NCBI GenBank assembly: GCA_039621445.1 | Contig: CP154954.1 | Location: forward strand, 7,389,425 to 7,453,424 | Direction: 5' to 3' | Origin: Euglena gracilis | Lineage: Eukaryota | DNA: 64,000 nucleotides | Part shown: one piece after another, positions 49,764 through 63,275 of the stretch | Layout of the letters: the number at the start of each line of letters is the position of its first letter | How positions within the stretch are numbered: the stretch's first letter is position 1 | Translations under genes and position numbers: made by a program | Notes under the pieces: model-generated | Seen by the model: only the letters and a program-made list of their open reading frames with translations | Database searches by the model: none | Told to the model about the DNA's origin: nothing

Positions 49764-52700
49764 TGTTGTTTATCACAAAATAATATAAATAATATATTTT
49801 ACAACAAATTAATAAATAATTTCAGCGTTTTCACTGCATCCACATTATGAGTCAGTTTTGGGGTTAGGGTTTAAACAAAAATCGAAAAAGCTTCAAAAAT
49901 GCAACGGAGCATATATGTTATAAAGATCCGCAGCCCCTAAATTTTTGTGAAAGGTGACTGGCGACAAAAAAGGGTATTTTTGGCACTTTGCAGATTTTGC
50001 AGCAATATTTCAAAAAGAGCACCATTTGTCCGTTGCACCTTGCAATATTTGGGACCCTCTGGTGCCTCGGGGTAGGTTCAAGACCGCCACCGGCTTCTGG
50101 CAAGGCGGAGGGAGTGAAAGGCGCAAGCATGGCAGCACCCACCGTGGCACCACCCTCTCCCAGAAAAGGCAGTCCCCCACCAGTGCCCTGGACACCCTCC
50201 TTGTGTCGAATCCAGGAGAGGGACCCAGGACAACCGACTTCTCAGTCACGCCCTTCCTCCCCGGGAGCAGCGCCATGGGCGGCGGCGGTGGGGCGAGTGC
50301 CCCCGTCGAGGCGGTGCGTTCCGCGGCGCCGTCGGGCGGCGGGGGGGCGGGGACGGCACCGGCCTCGAGTGCGGCGGTGCCGGGCGGGTCCCGGGGGCGG
50401 GGGGCGGCGCAGGGGGAATTGGGAATGGGCGGGGAGCGATGCGGGCGCCAGGGAGGAGGCCAAACGGGCGTCAGTGGTGAATCTTTGTGTTGGCCACCAT
50501 CTTATAGGCTGCAAGGAGTTAAACTTATTGGAAAACACTGCACCTTTTCAAAAAAAAAGATGCCCTTTTCTAATACCTCTGTAAGGAAGTTTCACACACA
50601 TGACATTTGCAAACGACAACTTCCATTCTGCCACGTTCAAAGGATTCAGCAATGGCAATAAATGCATTTTATATTTTGGCAAAATGGGTGATACGAACAA
50701 TACTCTGCAATGCTTATCAAATATTGCATATTGCACATCAAATATTCCCATATTTTCCCATCTGATATTAGACCGCACTGCCCCAGTCAGGGGATGTCGC
50801 TACAACGTCAGGCATGTCACAGGGCTCATCTCGTTCACCTGGGGGTGAAGGCTCCGATGCAAGATCGGGCTCTACTTGGATCCGCAGCCAACAACACCGC
50901 GGGAGAGGTTGGGAAGGTGCATGGTGGGCAGGTCGACCATTTCAGCGGGGGGGGGGGGGGTCGTGTGATGGTGGGTTTTCATTAAAAAAAAAATGGATGG
51001 GTCATTATATGAACCATGATTCAAGGCCTGCTGTGCGGTTTGCCCCCAGGCTCGACCCAGCATTTTTCGGCTCCCTTCTTTGCCTGGAAGCAATGGCAGG
51101 ATAGACATCAGACCGTCCTTCTTTGCTTCATTGCGTCCCAGATTACACGTACTATGAATGGAAGAACAGAGAAAGATGCTGCTTTGGAGATGGCCAAAAA
51201 GTCGCCCACACTTTTTGGGGGACTTTGTCCCACGCTGAGGTGTAAGACGACGACCTCGGTGGGGTAAAGTGGCCTTGATCAAGGTGCTCTGCACCTCAAA
51301 TACAATTGGACGATTCAGGGAAACATTTATTTCCCGCAACAAAATTAGTTTCCCCTGCCCAACTGTGGACCTCAGGGCTGACCCTTGGAGCTCCCTACCC
51401 TGGTGGTGAGGGTCCAGCAGCCCACAAGCTCACTTTTGTTTGCTTTGTGATGCTGAGAAAAGATAATGAGCACAATAATAACCTTCAACGGAAGCACTGC
51501 AAAACTCACCACCAACTAATAAGCCCCTTATCGACTGAAGCCCCCTCCCAATAAACCCCTGCTCCTTGGACCAACAAACTAAAGCACAAACCCCTCCTGC
51601 TGGCAAAAAGAATTGACGGCGTCTGGTTGTGGCAGTTGTAGAGCCAGAAAACATAATATTCAAGCCTTTTTTTTTAGTTCACCAAGGGTAATTATTATTG
51701 GGGAAAATATCATTCTTGGCAAACACTTCCAAAATTCATGCTGTGCACAATATTTTGGATCACACTGGGGGGTCGGATTGACAAAGAATTAATTGACCTA
51801 CAAAACACCCCACCTGCCAACCCCCGACAAGCCCAAACAGATGCTTCTAACCTCAATGTAGGGGGGGTGGGTAAGTGAAAAAAAAAAGTGGAAGCATGAC
51901 GGCTGCATTGCGTGAGAGGCTTCACCAGCCTGGGCTCCCACTGCGGCAAATGAGGCAGTCTCTGTCGTTGGCTGGTCGAGCCGAAGGGGAGGAGTGGGAT
52001 GGCGGGAGGAGGAGCGTGGGCTACAGGCCTTGGTCCCCGTCCCACAAAACTGATCATTTGGGGTCAGGAATTGAAATTTCTTGGGCGCCCTCTTGGAGGA
52101 AGATTTGTCCCCCCCCCCTCTAAGGGGTCCAAGAAAGGGGGTCTGAGGGGAGGGGGTCTAGGGGTGGTGGGTCCTGCCGTCTGCCAGGCTGGGCCTGGGT
52201 GGCACCCGAAATCAGCAAAATCCAGTTGGGTTGGATTTACAGCCAAATCTTAAAATTTTGACGAAAAACGCTTGAAAAAGCCCTCAAAACACACCACTTT
52301 GCCCATTTTTTGACCCCAAAAATATTCAAAATATATCAATATATATATATATATGTGTGTGTGGGTGTGTGTGTATGTATATGTATGTGTACATATATAT
52401 GTATGTATATATACATATGTATATGTATATCTTTCTATATATATTCAAAATATTCAAAATATATCAGCACTTTGCACTGTAAATTGTTCCTGTCTAGCCG
52501 GCTGCTAAAACTGCATTTCCACTGGCCGCTGTGCGGGGGGTCCGCAGCCCAGCTTGGAACTGATCACCAAAAAAAAGTGCTGGCTGGCTGGAACCCCCCC
52601 AGTAGTTGGGTGGGGTCCAGATAGACGACCTTTCTGTCAAAATGAGAAACAAGCGGAGAAAAAGAAAATGACCCCAAAAAACATCAGTGACACATGCCAC

Positions 52701-54279
52701 ATTGTTGTATATTGTGAAACCCATCCTGGAAAAATATTTTGGATGTGTGGAAAATTTGGACAGTAGAGATATCTGCAGTAATAAAACAAGGATGAAAGAA
52801 AGACAATAAAAACTTGCGTAACTTCTCATTGGCCAACCCATGGCCGCCCAATCACTATCAAATAAAACGCTGTCTTGTCTGACACAAACCCAGGAATTCG
52901 CAACGGTCGACCCAAACCTGCTTTCCGCCACAGGCCGACGCCGAGTCACAGGCAGATGGACACCAGGCAGCGCCACATGCTGGCTGCAGGGCCCGTGGCA
53001 TGTGTAACAGACTCTCCAACGTACACTACCAGTCAAACTCAAGGTGTTTGATGGGGAAGGAGTAGGACGCTGGACCCCTGGAAGGACAGAGACCTTCTCC
53101 TCTGTGCTGCTAAAACAAATGCTGAAACACAAATTGCAGAAAAGAAAGCGCTTTTCTTGGAGATAAAAACATTTCCAAAAAGGATAAAATCCAAAAAGTC
53201 TGGGGCCATGAAGAGGTTCGCTGCAGAGGCTCCTGAATGTCCCGTGTCCAAGGGGGCACCAAAAATGTTCCAGGCAAACCAGCAGCCAAACGAGGGCGGT
53301 CGATTGCGTTCAACCCTGATCCATGGTGCGGGGACGGTGCAGTCATCAGATGGGGACGGGGTTGACTGTGCAGCGACAGCATCGAGGCCGCCATGGCTAG
53401 AACCGGCTGAGAAATGATGCACACAAATGCGCAATTAGCACTCCAACCAATGCCCGAAAAGGTGCCGCTGCGAAGGACAATCCCAACAAAAAAAATACAA
53501 CTTTCCTTTTTACCCAAAAATGTGCAATCGCAATGAGAAACCTAAAATAATCACATATCTTTTTCTGGTTGACCTCTTTGAGGCTCCACTTAACTGCTAT
53601 TGCCTACCTCCCTCCCCTAGACAGGCTGGCCAATACTTGGGACCTTGACAGGTTCTCGGGTGGGGTGAAAGTCCAGGACAGAGCATTTTGACTTGACAGG
53701 TTGGCCGGTGCTGGGTCTCCTGGCAACTTCCTGTCACATATGACAGATTAAACAATACCGGGGACACCGACAGGTGAACGAAACGTGGGGGGGTCAAATA
53801 CCTGCCAGGAAAAATCAGTAAGTCATTTGGGGGGTCAGGGACAGATGATATTTACCCAAAGTTTGAAAACCAAAATAATTCACCTGCCTCTTTGGCCCCT
53901 TCGGCGAGGTAGAAGACAAGTTCCTGACTGAGTCCAAAATGTTTTTGACATTTTGCACTCGGAGGACTGAACAATAAGAAAACCGATTTTTTCCCCACAT
54001 ATATGTAACCAGAAGCCTGAAAAAAATGTTTCGCCATATTTTTTGCAAACCAACAAATATTATGTGTTTTACAACAAAAAAAAATCCTGAAAAAAAATTG
54101 TTAGGAGCCAGCTCAGACGTTACAAGGGTAGGAGATAGGTATGTTCTCATGAGGACAATTTTTAGGTGGGCAAATGATAAAGAAAAACTATAAAACCCTA
54201 GAATTTTGTCTGAAATCAGGGAGGTTATCCAGAACGTCAGACACACATGTGGGCTGATGAACATACCATTGCTTAGCGA

Positions 54280-54530
54280 CCCCGGGGGGGGGGGTCACTT
54301 TCCACTCTGAAAAAAACCAGTCAGTCACTTTTTCCGAAAAACCAGTCAGTCACTTTACCCCCCCGGGGGGGGATCGGCCTCTCCTCAGGAGGCAATGAAA
54401 ATTTGCCAAAAAGTCTCAAAAAATCCAAAAAAATTCCGGCGCCTTCGGCACCAGGCCAGTCACTTTTTCATTTTCGGGCCTAAAAACCAGTCAGTCACTC
54501 TGAAAAAACCAGTCAGTCACCCCCCTGGGG
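54280..54530. repeat. Element with repeated AAAAACCAGTCAGTCAC units
   Basis: Four near-perfect copies plus one variant, bounded by CCCC/GGGG runs; resembles subterminal transposase-binding repeats. Confidence 0.55.
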
Positions 54531-54689
54531 TAGGACAGGTGTTAAGCAACGGTATGCTGATGAATTTGGCACGATGTGTGAACAAGATGGGTAAACACCC
54601 CACAACCAAGTATAGCCTAACAGCTGCCTGGTGCCACGCCGTCGGGGCTGGTCGAGGGTTTGGGTGGGCCCTGGCAAGCGGTCTGCCGA

Positions 54690-57080
54690 CAGGTGGCTGC
54701 CAGCTGTGCCCGGAGGTCCTCCGCCTCCATCTGCGCCCGCTCCAGCAGCGCCCGCAGCCGCGGCGGCCGCCGGAGCTGCGCCGCTGCAATGTCGCCGCCG
54801 TGGATTCCCGGGCTGCCCCCCCCCCCGCCCAATCCGGGGCACTGTCCCAACCCCAACCACTGACAACTCCCTCCATCGGACCCGCCCGTCCAAATCCCAC
54901 CAAAGCCGGCTGACCACCCGGAATGACCTTGGGTGCCAGCCCCATGGGGCTGCAACCGTCCCCCCGCCCTCGAAAACTCCCCCGAGGGTCAAACACACTG
55001 AAGCGAATCCACAAACATGCAGCCTGGCCAGCCACTGCAGCTGGTCAGCAAGGTCGGGGCTGGACAGTGGCGGGCCACTGCTGGCTGGGCTGTGCGTGCG
55101 GATGTACGTGCCAGTGACGGACTGCCCACCCGACACCATCGCCCCGATTTGATTCAGTGACCAATCAGAAAACGACGCTCTGATCTGATGCACTCCACGT
55201 TGTTTACTAATAATTCAGAGAACACTGCATGAAATTATGGAAGGGTGATCAAGATCAACACGTTCGAAAAAGTTTGCACAACGAAATCCTGCCAACTTTT
55301 TTGAATGAGGCCACAAATTATTCTCCTAAATCTTTCGAAAATTGTACAATCTTTCCCTAACATTATGAGATGGTCTAATTTGGAGATTTCTGATTTCAGG
55401 CTCGAAAATTCAGATATTGTAGTGTTGGTATCTAAAAGGTTGATTTTGAAATATTGTTACTGCAAGCTTTGATTGTCCATTCGACTGTTGTTGTCAAAAC
55501 AAAACGCTGCCTTCCAATGAACAACTTGATGCAATATTTTCCATTTTGTGTGTTTCAATTCCACATGTTACACAGAAAGGAATATTTACAAATATTTAAG
55601 CAAAAATAGAACGCTGTATGTTCTGCTCTCTCTTCTGAACTATTCTCCAGAAGGCAAATTACAGCAAATCCTCATACCTCAATGCGCATGCAGTGTTTTT
55701 CAACGAGAGTATGGAATAAACAAATTACTTTGCAAAAAGACGCATTTCACGGGTGACAGATACCATTGTTTCAGAAAGCGGCGGGACCCGGCTCGAAAAT
55801 CCAGGCGGTCAGCTTTCGCGTCGTTGCGAATCAGGCAGCGGAGGAGGCCGGCGTTCAGTTCCGCCAGGCAGGCCGCGTGCCGTGCAGCGGCGTCCTGCTG
55901 GCGCTGCAGCTGCTGGGCGGCCGGCGGTGGGGTGCCGACTGCCTGGAGCTGAGCTGGCTGGCACAGGACACTAGCAGAAGGACATGCATTGGCCAAAGAC
56001 AAATGCTCTGACGGGTTCTCTCGCCCTGAGCCTTTCTTCCGATACAGACGTTCCGAGTCAGCAGGTTGTTGTTATTTGGATGACAGGAATCCACTTGTCC
56101 GTTGGCCACACAGCCAGGGCTGGGGCTGTAAGGGGGTCGACTGGTGCGGGGAGGAGGACCCCCAAGTTGGCAAATCACAGTTAACAGTCCTTCCCCAAAA
56201 GCACACAGGGGATATTGCCCTGTCAGCCTGGCCGCATACACCAACCGCGACGCAACGCACCCCACCCCAAAGAGGTCGCCACCTGACTGAGCCGGCACAA
56301 GCCCAGGCCACAGGCTTTCGTGGGGTGGCCAATGCCAACATGACAATGGGGCCCAATTGGGCCCGTTCGGGACCCAAGGCGAAAGGTGACGACGTCCCAC
56401 CTCGTCACCTCGGGGGAGGTGGGGCGTCGAATACCTGTCGGCTGTCGTTTCGGGAGGTGTGGCCGCGGGTGGCGGAGGCGGCCCCCCAGCCTGCTCCCAC
56501 CGGTGCCGCAGCGCCGCCAGCGCCCGGTCCCGCCCCTCCACCGCGGCGCGCAGCTCCTCCGCCTCGACCTCCGCCCGCTCCAGCCGCCCGAGCTGGTCCA
56601 CCGCCTGGCGCCGCAACTGCACCGCCTTGGCGCGGAGCTGCGAGTCGGGGCGAACGCCGCGCAGCGGGCAGAACAAAATGGGTGGCCCCCCTTTGCGACA
56701 AGGCATGAACACCCAGACCCGCGTCCCCCACCGCACAACACACCGGCTCCGAACGTCACCCGGGCACTCTCCGCTGAGGTATATGTATGCACGTGCCGCA
56801 ACACGCACATAACATCCACCCCTGACCGTTCTCCCCCCCTGACACACAAAGAGGAGGGGGCCTATTGTTACCCTTTGAACCCTTTGATCTTTTCGGCTTT
56901 GGCCCACAGTTGCTCACACACGCAGACACTCAGAAAAAAAAACGATCGGATGAGCGCGGGGTGGGTCACCGACCGTCGACGCCTGGTAATACAGCAGCAG
57001 CTTCTGCTCTAGGTCCCGAGTGTAGGCCTGGAGCTCCAGCAGCTGCAAGCGGGTCAGCGGCTCTCCCAGCTTGAAGGAGA
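54690..57080 (-). CDS. Exons of an unidentified coiled-coil protein (the gene may extend from about 47700 to 59700)
   Basis: GC-rich, heptad-like exon pieces: ~56490-56650 (RAKAVQLRRQAVDQLGRLERAEVEAEELRAAVEGRDRALAALRHRWEQ), ~55790-55950 (QQLQRQQDAAARHAACLAELNAGLLRCLIRNDAKADRL) and ~54690-54795 (RLRALLERAQMEAEDLRAQLAATCRQ). No family recognised. Confidence 0.55.
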
Positions 57081-58388
57081 GGCCAGGCACCCAACTGTTT
57101 GGCTGGTGGCTAAACAGCTACGGACCCCTGCCCTGCTCCCTGGACATGCAACTTGTGCGGAACCCTGTCACCGGCTCCCAAAAAAACTTCAGCAAACATT
57201 TTGCGTGTTGTCTACAATTGTTGTCGGAAAAATACCAAACATCACATCACACACACACACACACAGACACACAGACGCACAGGGGGGGGCCTGGGTGGTG
57301 CCCCGGATGCAGAGGCTGGGGCTGGTCGAGGGGGACCAGTGCAGGAGGTCCACCGTGGGCAGCGGCCGAAGGGACAGCTCCGCGTCGCCCGTGGTGGACA
57401 GGGTGGCGTCCCACCAGGGGCCAGCACCCTGGCACTGGGAAGTGGAGGGGGGGGGTGCAGGCTGCCGACCCAAATTAGGCATCACGAGAGGCAGGGGAGG
57501 GGAGCCGGTGTGCGGCACGCCCACGTGGAAACGCGGCAGCAAAAGCCTTGGAAAAAGAACATTCCTGCAACATGGGTTTGTGCCTGGGCATGTGTAAAAC
57601 AAGCTTTGTGTGCGTATGTGCATTTATCTGTGTGTGTTTCAATGTGTGTATGTATGCCGGAGTTCGCGTTTGAGTTGCTGAGTGTGTATGTGTGTGTGGA
57701 TAAATGAAATGACCACCCACAATCTGAAGGAAGCTCACAAGTGCCAAGCTGCGACGTACAGGGGTGCCTCCATGCCGCGGTCCGAGCGTGGCTTGAATAG
57801 CTCTGCAGGCCGCAAGGCCAAACGAGAACTGTCACGGGCCGGCTGCACAATTCAGAGGACACACATAACTATTGGTGATGGCAGGTCGGCTGGTACATCA
57901 TCCGGTCACTTAATGACCTGGAGGGGGGGGGGGCTATTTCCAGCCAGCAGCTCCCAACTGGGCTGCGGACCCCCCCACACACTAGGGGTCAGCTGAAACA
58001 TAATTTCCCCTGGGGCGGTCTCATTTATTTGCGGTCACGTTGTTGGAGGTGAGTGGCGCTCCTTGGGAATCCAATGCAGGAGGGCTGGCTGGTCGTGGCC
58101 ACCGCGGACAAATATTCCATCCGTCTTTCTTTGTTCCTGGCCACAGGAACCAAAAAAGACGCACGGAGCGGTGCAAAACAGGTCCTGAAACTGCAGCACT
58201 CCACGTGGTGGCAGGTCTGGCCACGCCACGGGACGGGGTCGGGCTCCGTCTCCTCAGCTGGGGATGAGGCGTGCGAGCGGCGGCCCATCCCACGGCCCCC
58301 GGGATGAGCACTGGCAGGGGGAGGACCTGCAGGCGGAGGACTAGAGGGGAAGCACACGGAGGTCGGGCCCATCGCTGACGGGTGCTCC

Positions 58389-58422
<34 letters not shown>

Positions 58423-61400
58423 CCACACCCACACCCACACCCACACCCACACACACCCACACACACGCGCGCGCGCGGGCGCACTACGAATACAATGCAT
58501 TATGACGAAACCAGGGGGATTCAACTACACTCTTCCAAAAGCCAGTCGGTTGCATTTTCTCTCTCTCGAAAAAAGAGCTCGGTTGCAAATGCAGAGACTA
58601 GAGACTAAAACAACTCCAGGTTCTTTCTGAGAGTCTTTCAGTTAGACAGCCGTGAACCCAATGTCTTGTCAATGAGGGTGGGTTGTGGCTTCGAAAATTA
58701 ATTCCCACGGAGGTGTCGGATGATCGTTTTATGAATTAAATGAATTTCAACAAAAATGAAGAGAAACTGAAGGGATGAAAATCCTCTTTCAACTTCTTCC
58801 AGCAAGATCAGGAAACCTTCGGGGCTTTGCACAATTCAAATTGCACTGGCGAAATAATTGAATTGACTTCAGTCTGAATTACTCCAATCTAACAAAAATT
58901 CGACATCCTCAATTTACTACACGACACCCCCAGGGTTCATGGTCTTGGTGTATGTTTAGGATGGAAAGCCCACTAGAGGGTCAGGGTTGGGAATGGTGGA
59001 ATGTTGGGAAGGGAGGGGATCACCGTTGGAATTTCGGTATCCATTCGGCCCTATCCCCCCCCCAGGAAACGAAATTCAGCCATTTTGGCAAATTGCAAGT
59101 TGGGGGAGGTCAATTCCCCACAGAACCATCCTAGGTAATTCGAACGGGTGAGTTTGTCCACAACAGAAATAAACAGCAGATTTTTTACATTTCCAGTACT
59201 CCATCTGTAGAAAGCAATCAATGCAAACCCATGAATGCCCAGCAAATATTTTGAGCAAATGCCCAGCAAATAATTACTAGTTAAGTTAATTAGTTAATAG
59301 GTATAAATACAGGAAAGAGCTTCAGCAGCCCACAAACCACTGGCCCCTCGGATGCAGCAACGGTGCGCCAGAGGGAGCCCCGCTTGCCAAACAAACCGAG
59401 ATGGGCCACCGTTTCCACTGTTCTCTGACAACATGGCGAGGGCTAGCCTAAGCCCGGCCAGGTTTGGACGGTCCATCGACATTTGAAGAAATTCAGGTCT
59501 GGGTCCACCTGAACCTGTTTAGGACGCGCAGGGCGATGCCAGCACAAACCAACAGACACTGTACTGTGGGTCTGGGTTGGGGAGGCTGCTCCCGACCCCA
59601 CCGCCAGCCACACCACCGCCAGAGCCGGCGATATAGGACGGCTCGCGCGAGTGCAGCCCAGGGCTACACAGGGGCGCTGGCCTCCATCATAGTACGTGGC
59701 CGAAGCCAGTACTGGAACTCGGCAGTGGTGTGAACTGGGATGGCGGGGCTCTTCCACAAACACTGTGCCATTAAAAAAAAACTGCATGCGACGTCATAGC
59801 ACACGAGACCACACTGGACCATCCGCTGCGGAAATTTAACTGCTCAGAGAAACACTTCCTCTCCAATTCTTCATCCAAAGACCAAGGTTCTTAACCTCTG
59901 ACGAGAGAGGGGCACTTTCACTTTGTGGGGGGCAAAGGGGGGGAAGTGAGACTCGGCCAGCACAAAAAGACAACACAAGCAGATATCTCACATTAATAAA
60001 TATTTCAATATATACACACATATATATGTATATAATATTATACTTTATTTTTTAAAGACATAAAGACAGAGGTGGGTTTAATTGTGATGACAGGTGGGTT
60101 AATGTATCTTGCTCACTTCTTAGGAAAGGTATTTGGCTGTTTAGAAACCAGTCATACAGTAATAATATTTCACCATTTGATGCGCGACTGTGAAGGCCAC
60201 ATTCTTCGGGCTGATTGCCCACAAGGACAGGAGATGCCAAAAAAAAACACCAAATTTTAACCCCCTGGCTTTGGACTTCGGAAGGATTTCAAGACGCTCC
60301 GGCGAAATTCTAACATTGGTGGGGGCCACATTTTTCGCAACTTTGACCCCAGACAGTGAGATGTGCGTGGAGACTGAGCACCTTAAAACATTATCCAAAA
60401 CACAAGTGGGTTTTGTTTTTTGTTCGGGTTTTGCTTTCCTTGAGCGGATTTTTTGTACCCCCCCCACTGGAAGTCTGGTTGGTGTACAATCTGAATGACC
60501 CCGCCGCAGGAGGACACAGCTAGCACACAACCAGCTGTGCCGGACGGTGACTCGAGGCGCCTGCAGGCGTTCGTTGCCAGGCACATGGGAAACAGCGGCT
60601 GGATACGATAATTTTTTACACTACCTCGCAGGCTTGATTCCAGCCCTCCAAAATCACATCATCAAAATAAAATTCTTTGTCAAACCAGGAATGCCGAAAT
60701 GCAAAAAAAAGATCAGACACAAAGTTGCCCACAAAATAATAATAACAATAATACCCCAAATAAGACCTGACAAAAATAAAAATAAAAAAAGAGCTCACAG
60801 GGCGTTCCCAGTCACAACCTCAAAACCTTGTTGTTCAAAAATAACTACAAAATGGTGCAACAAACGTTCAGTTGAGCGTTCATTGTGCTAAATTAATGTT
60901 ATTATCTTAAAAAAAACTGGGACACTGCAAAATTATAAGAAAAGATGGTTTAAAAAAAAAACTCGAAGAATGTGCTGTAGAATAGGAAGTTCTTTCAAGG
61001 TAACAACAAAAACAAAAACAAGATTTTTTTTTAAATCCCAGAACGGTTGAGCATATGCCATGGTCCAAGAATCTAAAGACCTGAAGATTCGGAACAAAAG
61101 ACTCACCGACCCACAACTGGGCTGTTGAGTGGTGCAAAGCTTGGGCTATGGGTGGCTTTGCTGTCCAGGAGCACTGAATGGAAAAAAAAAAGCAGATGAT
61201 GTGGTTTTCAAGGACCCTGACTTACACCAGAAACTGGCAGGCTGTTGCTTAAGGACGCCGGGGGGGGGTTCCAGTCACCAGCCATTTTGCTAGACACTGG
61301 AAAAAATGGACTAGCTGGACCCCCCTCACCCCCCCTGGGGGGGTCCGCTGATTACGTGATCGCCTCCCACAATTTTGGCCAGCGGAAATCCTTAATTTCA

Positions 61401-62013
61401 AATTCCACAAAAAAAACATAAAAATATTATCCAAAAAATGAGAAAACAACTGTCTTGTGTCGGACGCTTCCTGGGCCTTTTCTTTGTAGTATTTTCCCCC
61501 CAAATAAGCAAACTGTCGAGGATTATTTGAGATTATCCTGTCCCCCAATTTGTGATGGAGCCGAAACGATCGAAAACTCTATTGCAAGAATGCTGTACAC
61601 TGCATAAACCCATCGAACGTTCATTAAATTCTCAGATCCTCCCAGAATGAGGAATCAGAGAGCTTGGAAACAATGAGCAAAACCAGGCTAAAAATGTGGT
61701 TGGGCTTCTGGTGGAAACATGTTCTCTGAAAAAAGGCGGAAACATAAGAACGATCTTAGGAATCTGGCCTTTTGGCCTGATCGGTGGCCCATGAAAATAA
61801 CCTTCCGATCTTCCTTCCAACACCATCCGTTCGATCCACACATAATAACACTGTGGGTGTCAGCAAGGCAGCGTGTTGGTCGGCCCAAACTTTCGGCAGG
61901 GAAAAGACAATAGGGGTGGCAAGCGAGGCAAGCATCAGCCTCTAGCAAGAGAGAGGGGACGCGGATCACTTAAGCACAGAATGGGAGACAAACAAATCAT
62001 TAACTCGCACGAC

Positions 62014-63275
62014 TCACTTGAAAAGCTGGACAAAGAACGTGGCGATCCCGATGAACACCAGCAACAGACAGGCACACAGTGGCTGGGACGTGGATGCGGA
62101 GAGGCCGGAATTTGCTCTGCCGCTCATGACTTGCGAGCAGGGTATTAAAGAGGGGGGGAGGGGCAGGGTTGTAAGGGAATCTCTGAGGGGGGGGGGGGAG
62201 GGGGACCCCCCTTCCAAAACTAGGGGGGGGGGGACCCCCGTCGTACCTCCTCCAGTTTTCGGTCGCCAAAAATTTCGGCCGGTTATTTGGGTCAAAAAAA
62301 ATCAAACTTTCTGAAATTTCTCAAAAATGGCGGGGAATCAGAGGAAATGCAAAGAACCAAATTGAAGCTTTGAAAATGCCCTATTTAACAGCATTTTGAC
62401 ACATTTGATTTTCACGCAATTCCCCGCCTGCCCCAAATTACGGTCATTTTTCGTCATTTTGCAAACTACTTCTTTTTTTCGCAAATGTGTCAGTTTCATG
62501 AGTGTGGTGGATACTTGCACCCAGTGGGCCTCTGGATGGATTTAACAATCGGGGGAAAGCGTTATGTAGCGAAATTCCAAAGCTTTGTTCTTCTCTTTTT
62601 GATGGCCAAGCTTCTATAATTCACACCCAGATTTTTGTCATTTTCGGCCATTTTCAGCCATTTTCGGCCAATTTTTTCGAAAGGTGGGGGGGTAAAATTT
62701 TCTTATAATCCTTTCATACCATCAATGCATTTGATCATTCACGCAGTGCCTGTTGATGTCCCATACGCCCCTCCCAGGAATCTGTCTCCGGGTGCTGCAA
62801 AAAACGTCAGGGTACTCCAAAATGTTGGTGAAACGACAATTCCTCGGGCACACTTTCCCTTAGAATGGGTGCACACATATGATATATGATTCCAGCCACC
62901 GTGGTCTGCAGGCGCTGGAGTAGCAGGCCAGGATGGAGTTGTACTGGTAGCCCGTGGGCATGTCGGGCATGTCCATGTCCATGCCCGCCATGGACGCCAT
63001 TGCGTCCGTCATGTTGGGCATCGGACGCAGAGACTTCCATTCAAGAGCGCAGGGGATCCGGCAGGGGGTTGGGACATTGAGCACTTTCTTAGAAAACCAA
63101 TTATTAGAAGAAGCGTCCGTGGGGCTCAAATCTTATTAAAGCAGTCTCTGGTTGCCAGCCACGAGAGGTCGCTGGACTGCATGTCCTGGAAGCCTAAGGC
63201 ACACGTGGCGAGGCCGACCCCGTAGGTCACGTTCCCGAAGAAGCGGTGGAACGTTGCCCGCACCGCCGATCCCGA
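62014..63275 (-). CDS. Cytochrome b561-family transmembrane reductase, last three exons (5' part upstream or off-window)
   Basis: Exons ~63275-63154 (RATFHRFFGNVTYGVGLATCALGFQDMQSSDLSWLA), 63022-62907 (Met-rich loop, then GYQYNSILACYSSAC) and 62069-62014 (SLLLVFIGIATFFVQLFK*). They join in frame through 8-bp and 12-bp intron stems. The HxFFG...ATCALG helix resembles the fourth heme-ligand helix of b561 proteins. Confidence 0.7.

Noticed and set aside
54280-54530. Short direct repeats resembling a CRISPR array
   Set aside because: Spacing is irregular and very short, the context is eukaryotic, and no cas genes are present.
62014-62130. GPI-anchor-like tail VMSGRANSGLSASTSQPLCACLLL
   Set aside because: The Ser-rich part lies within the stem intron; the hydrophobic end is the last b561 helix.
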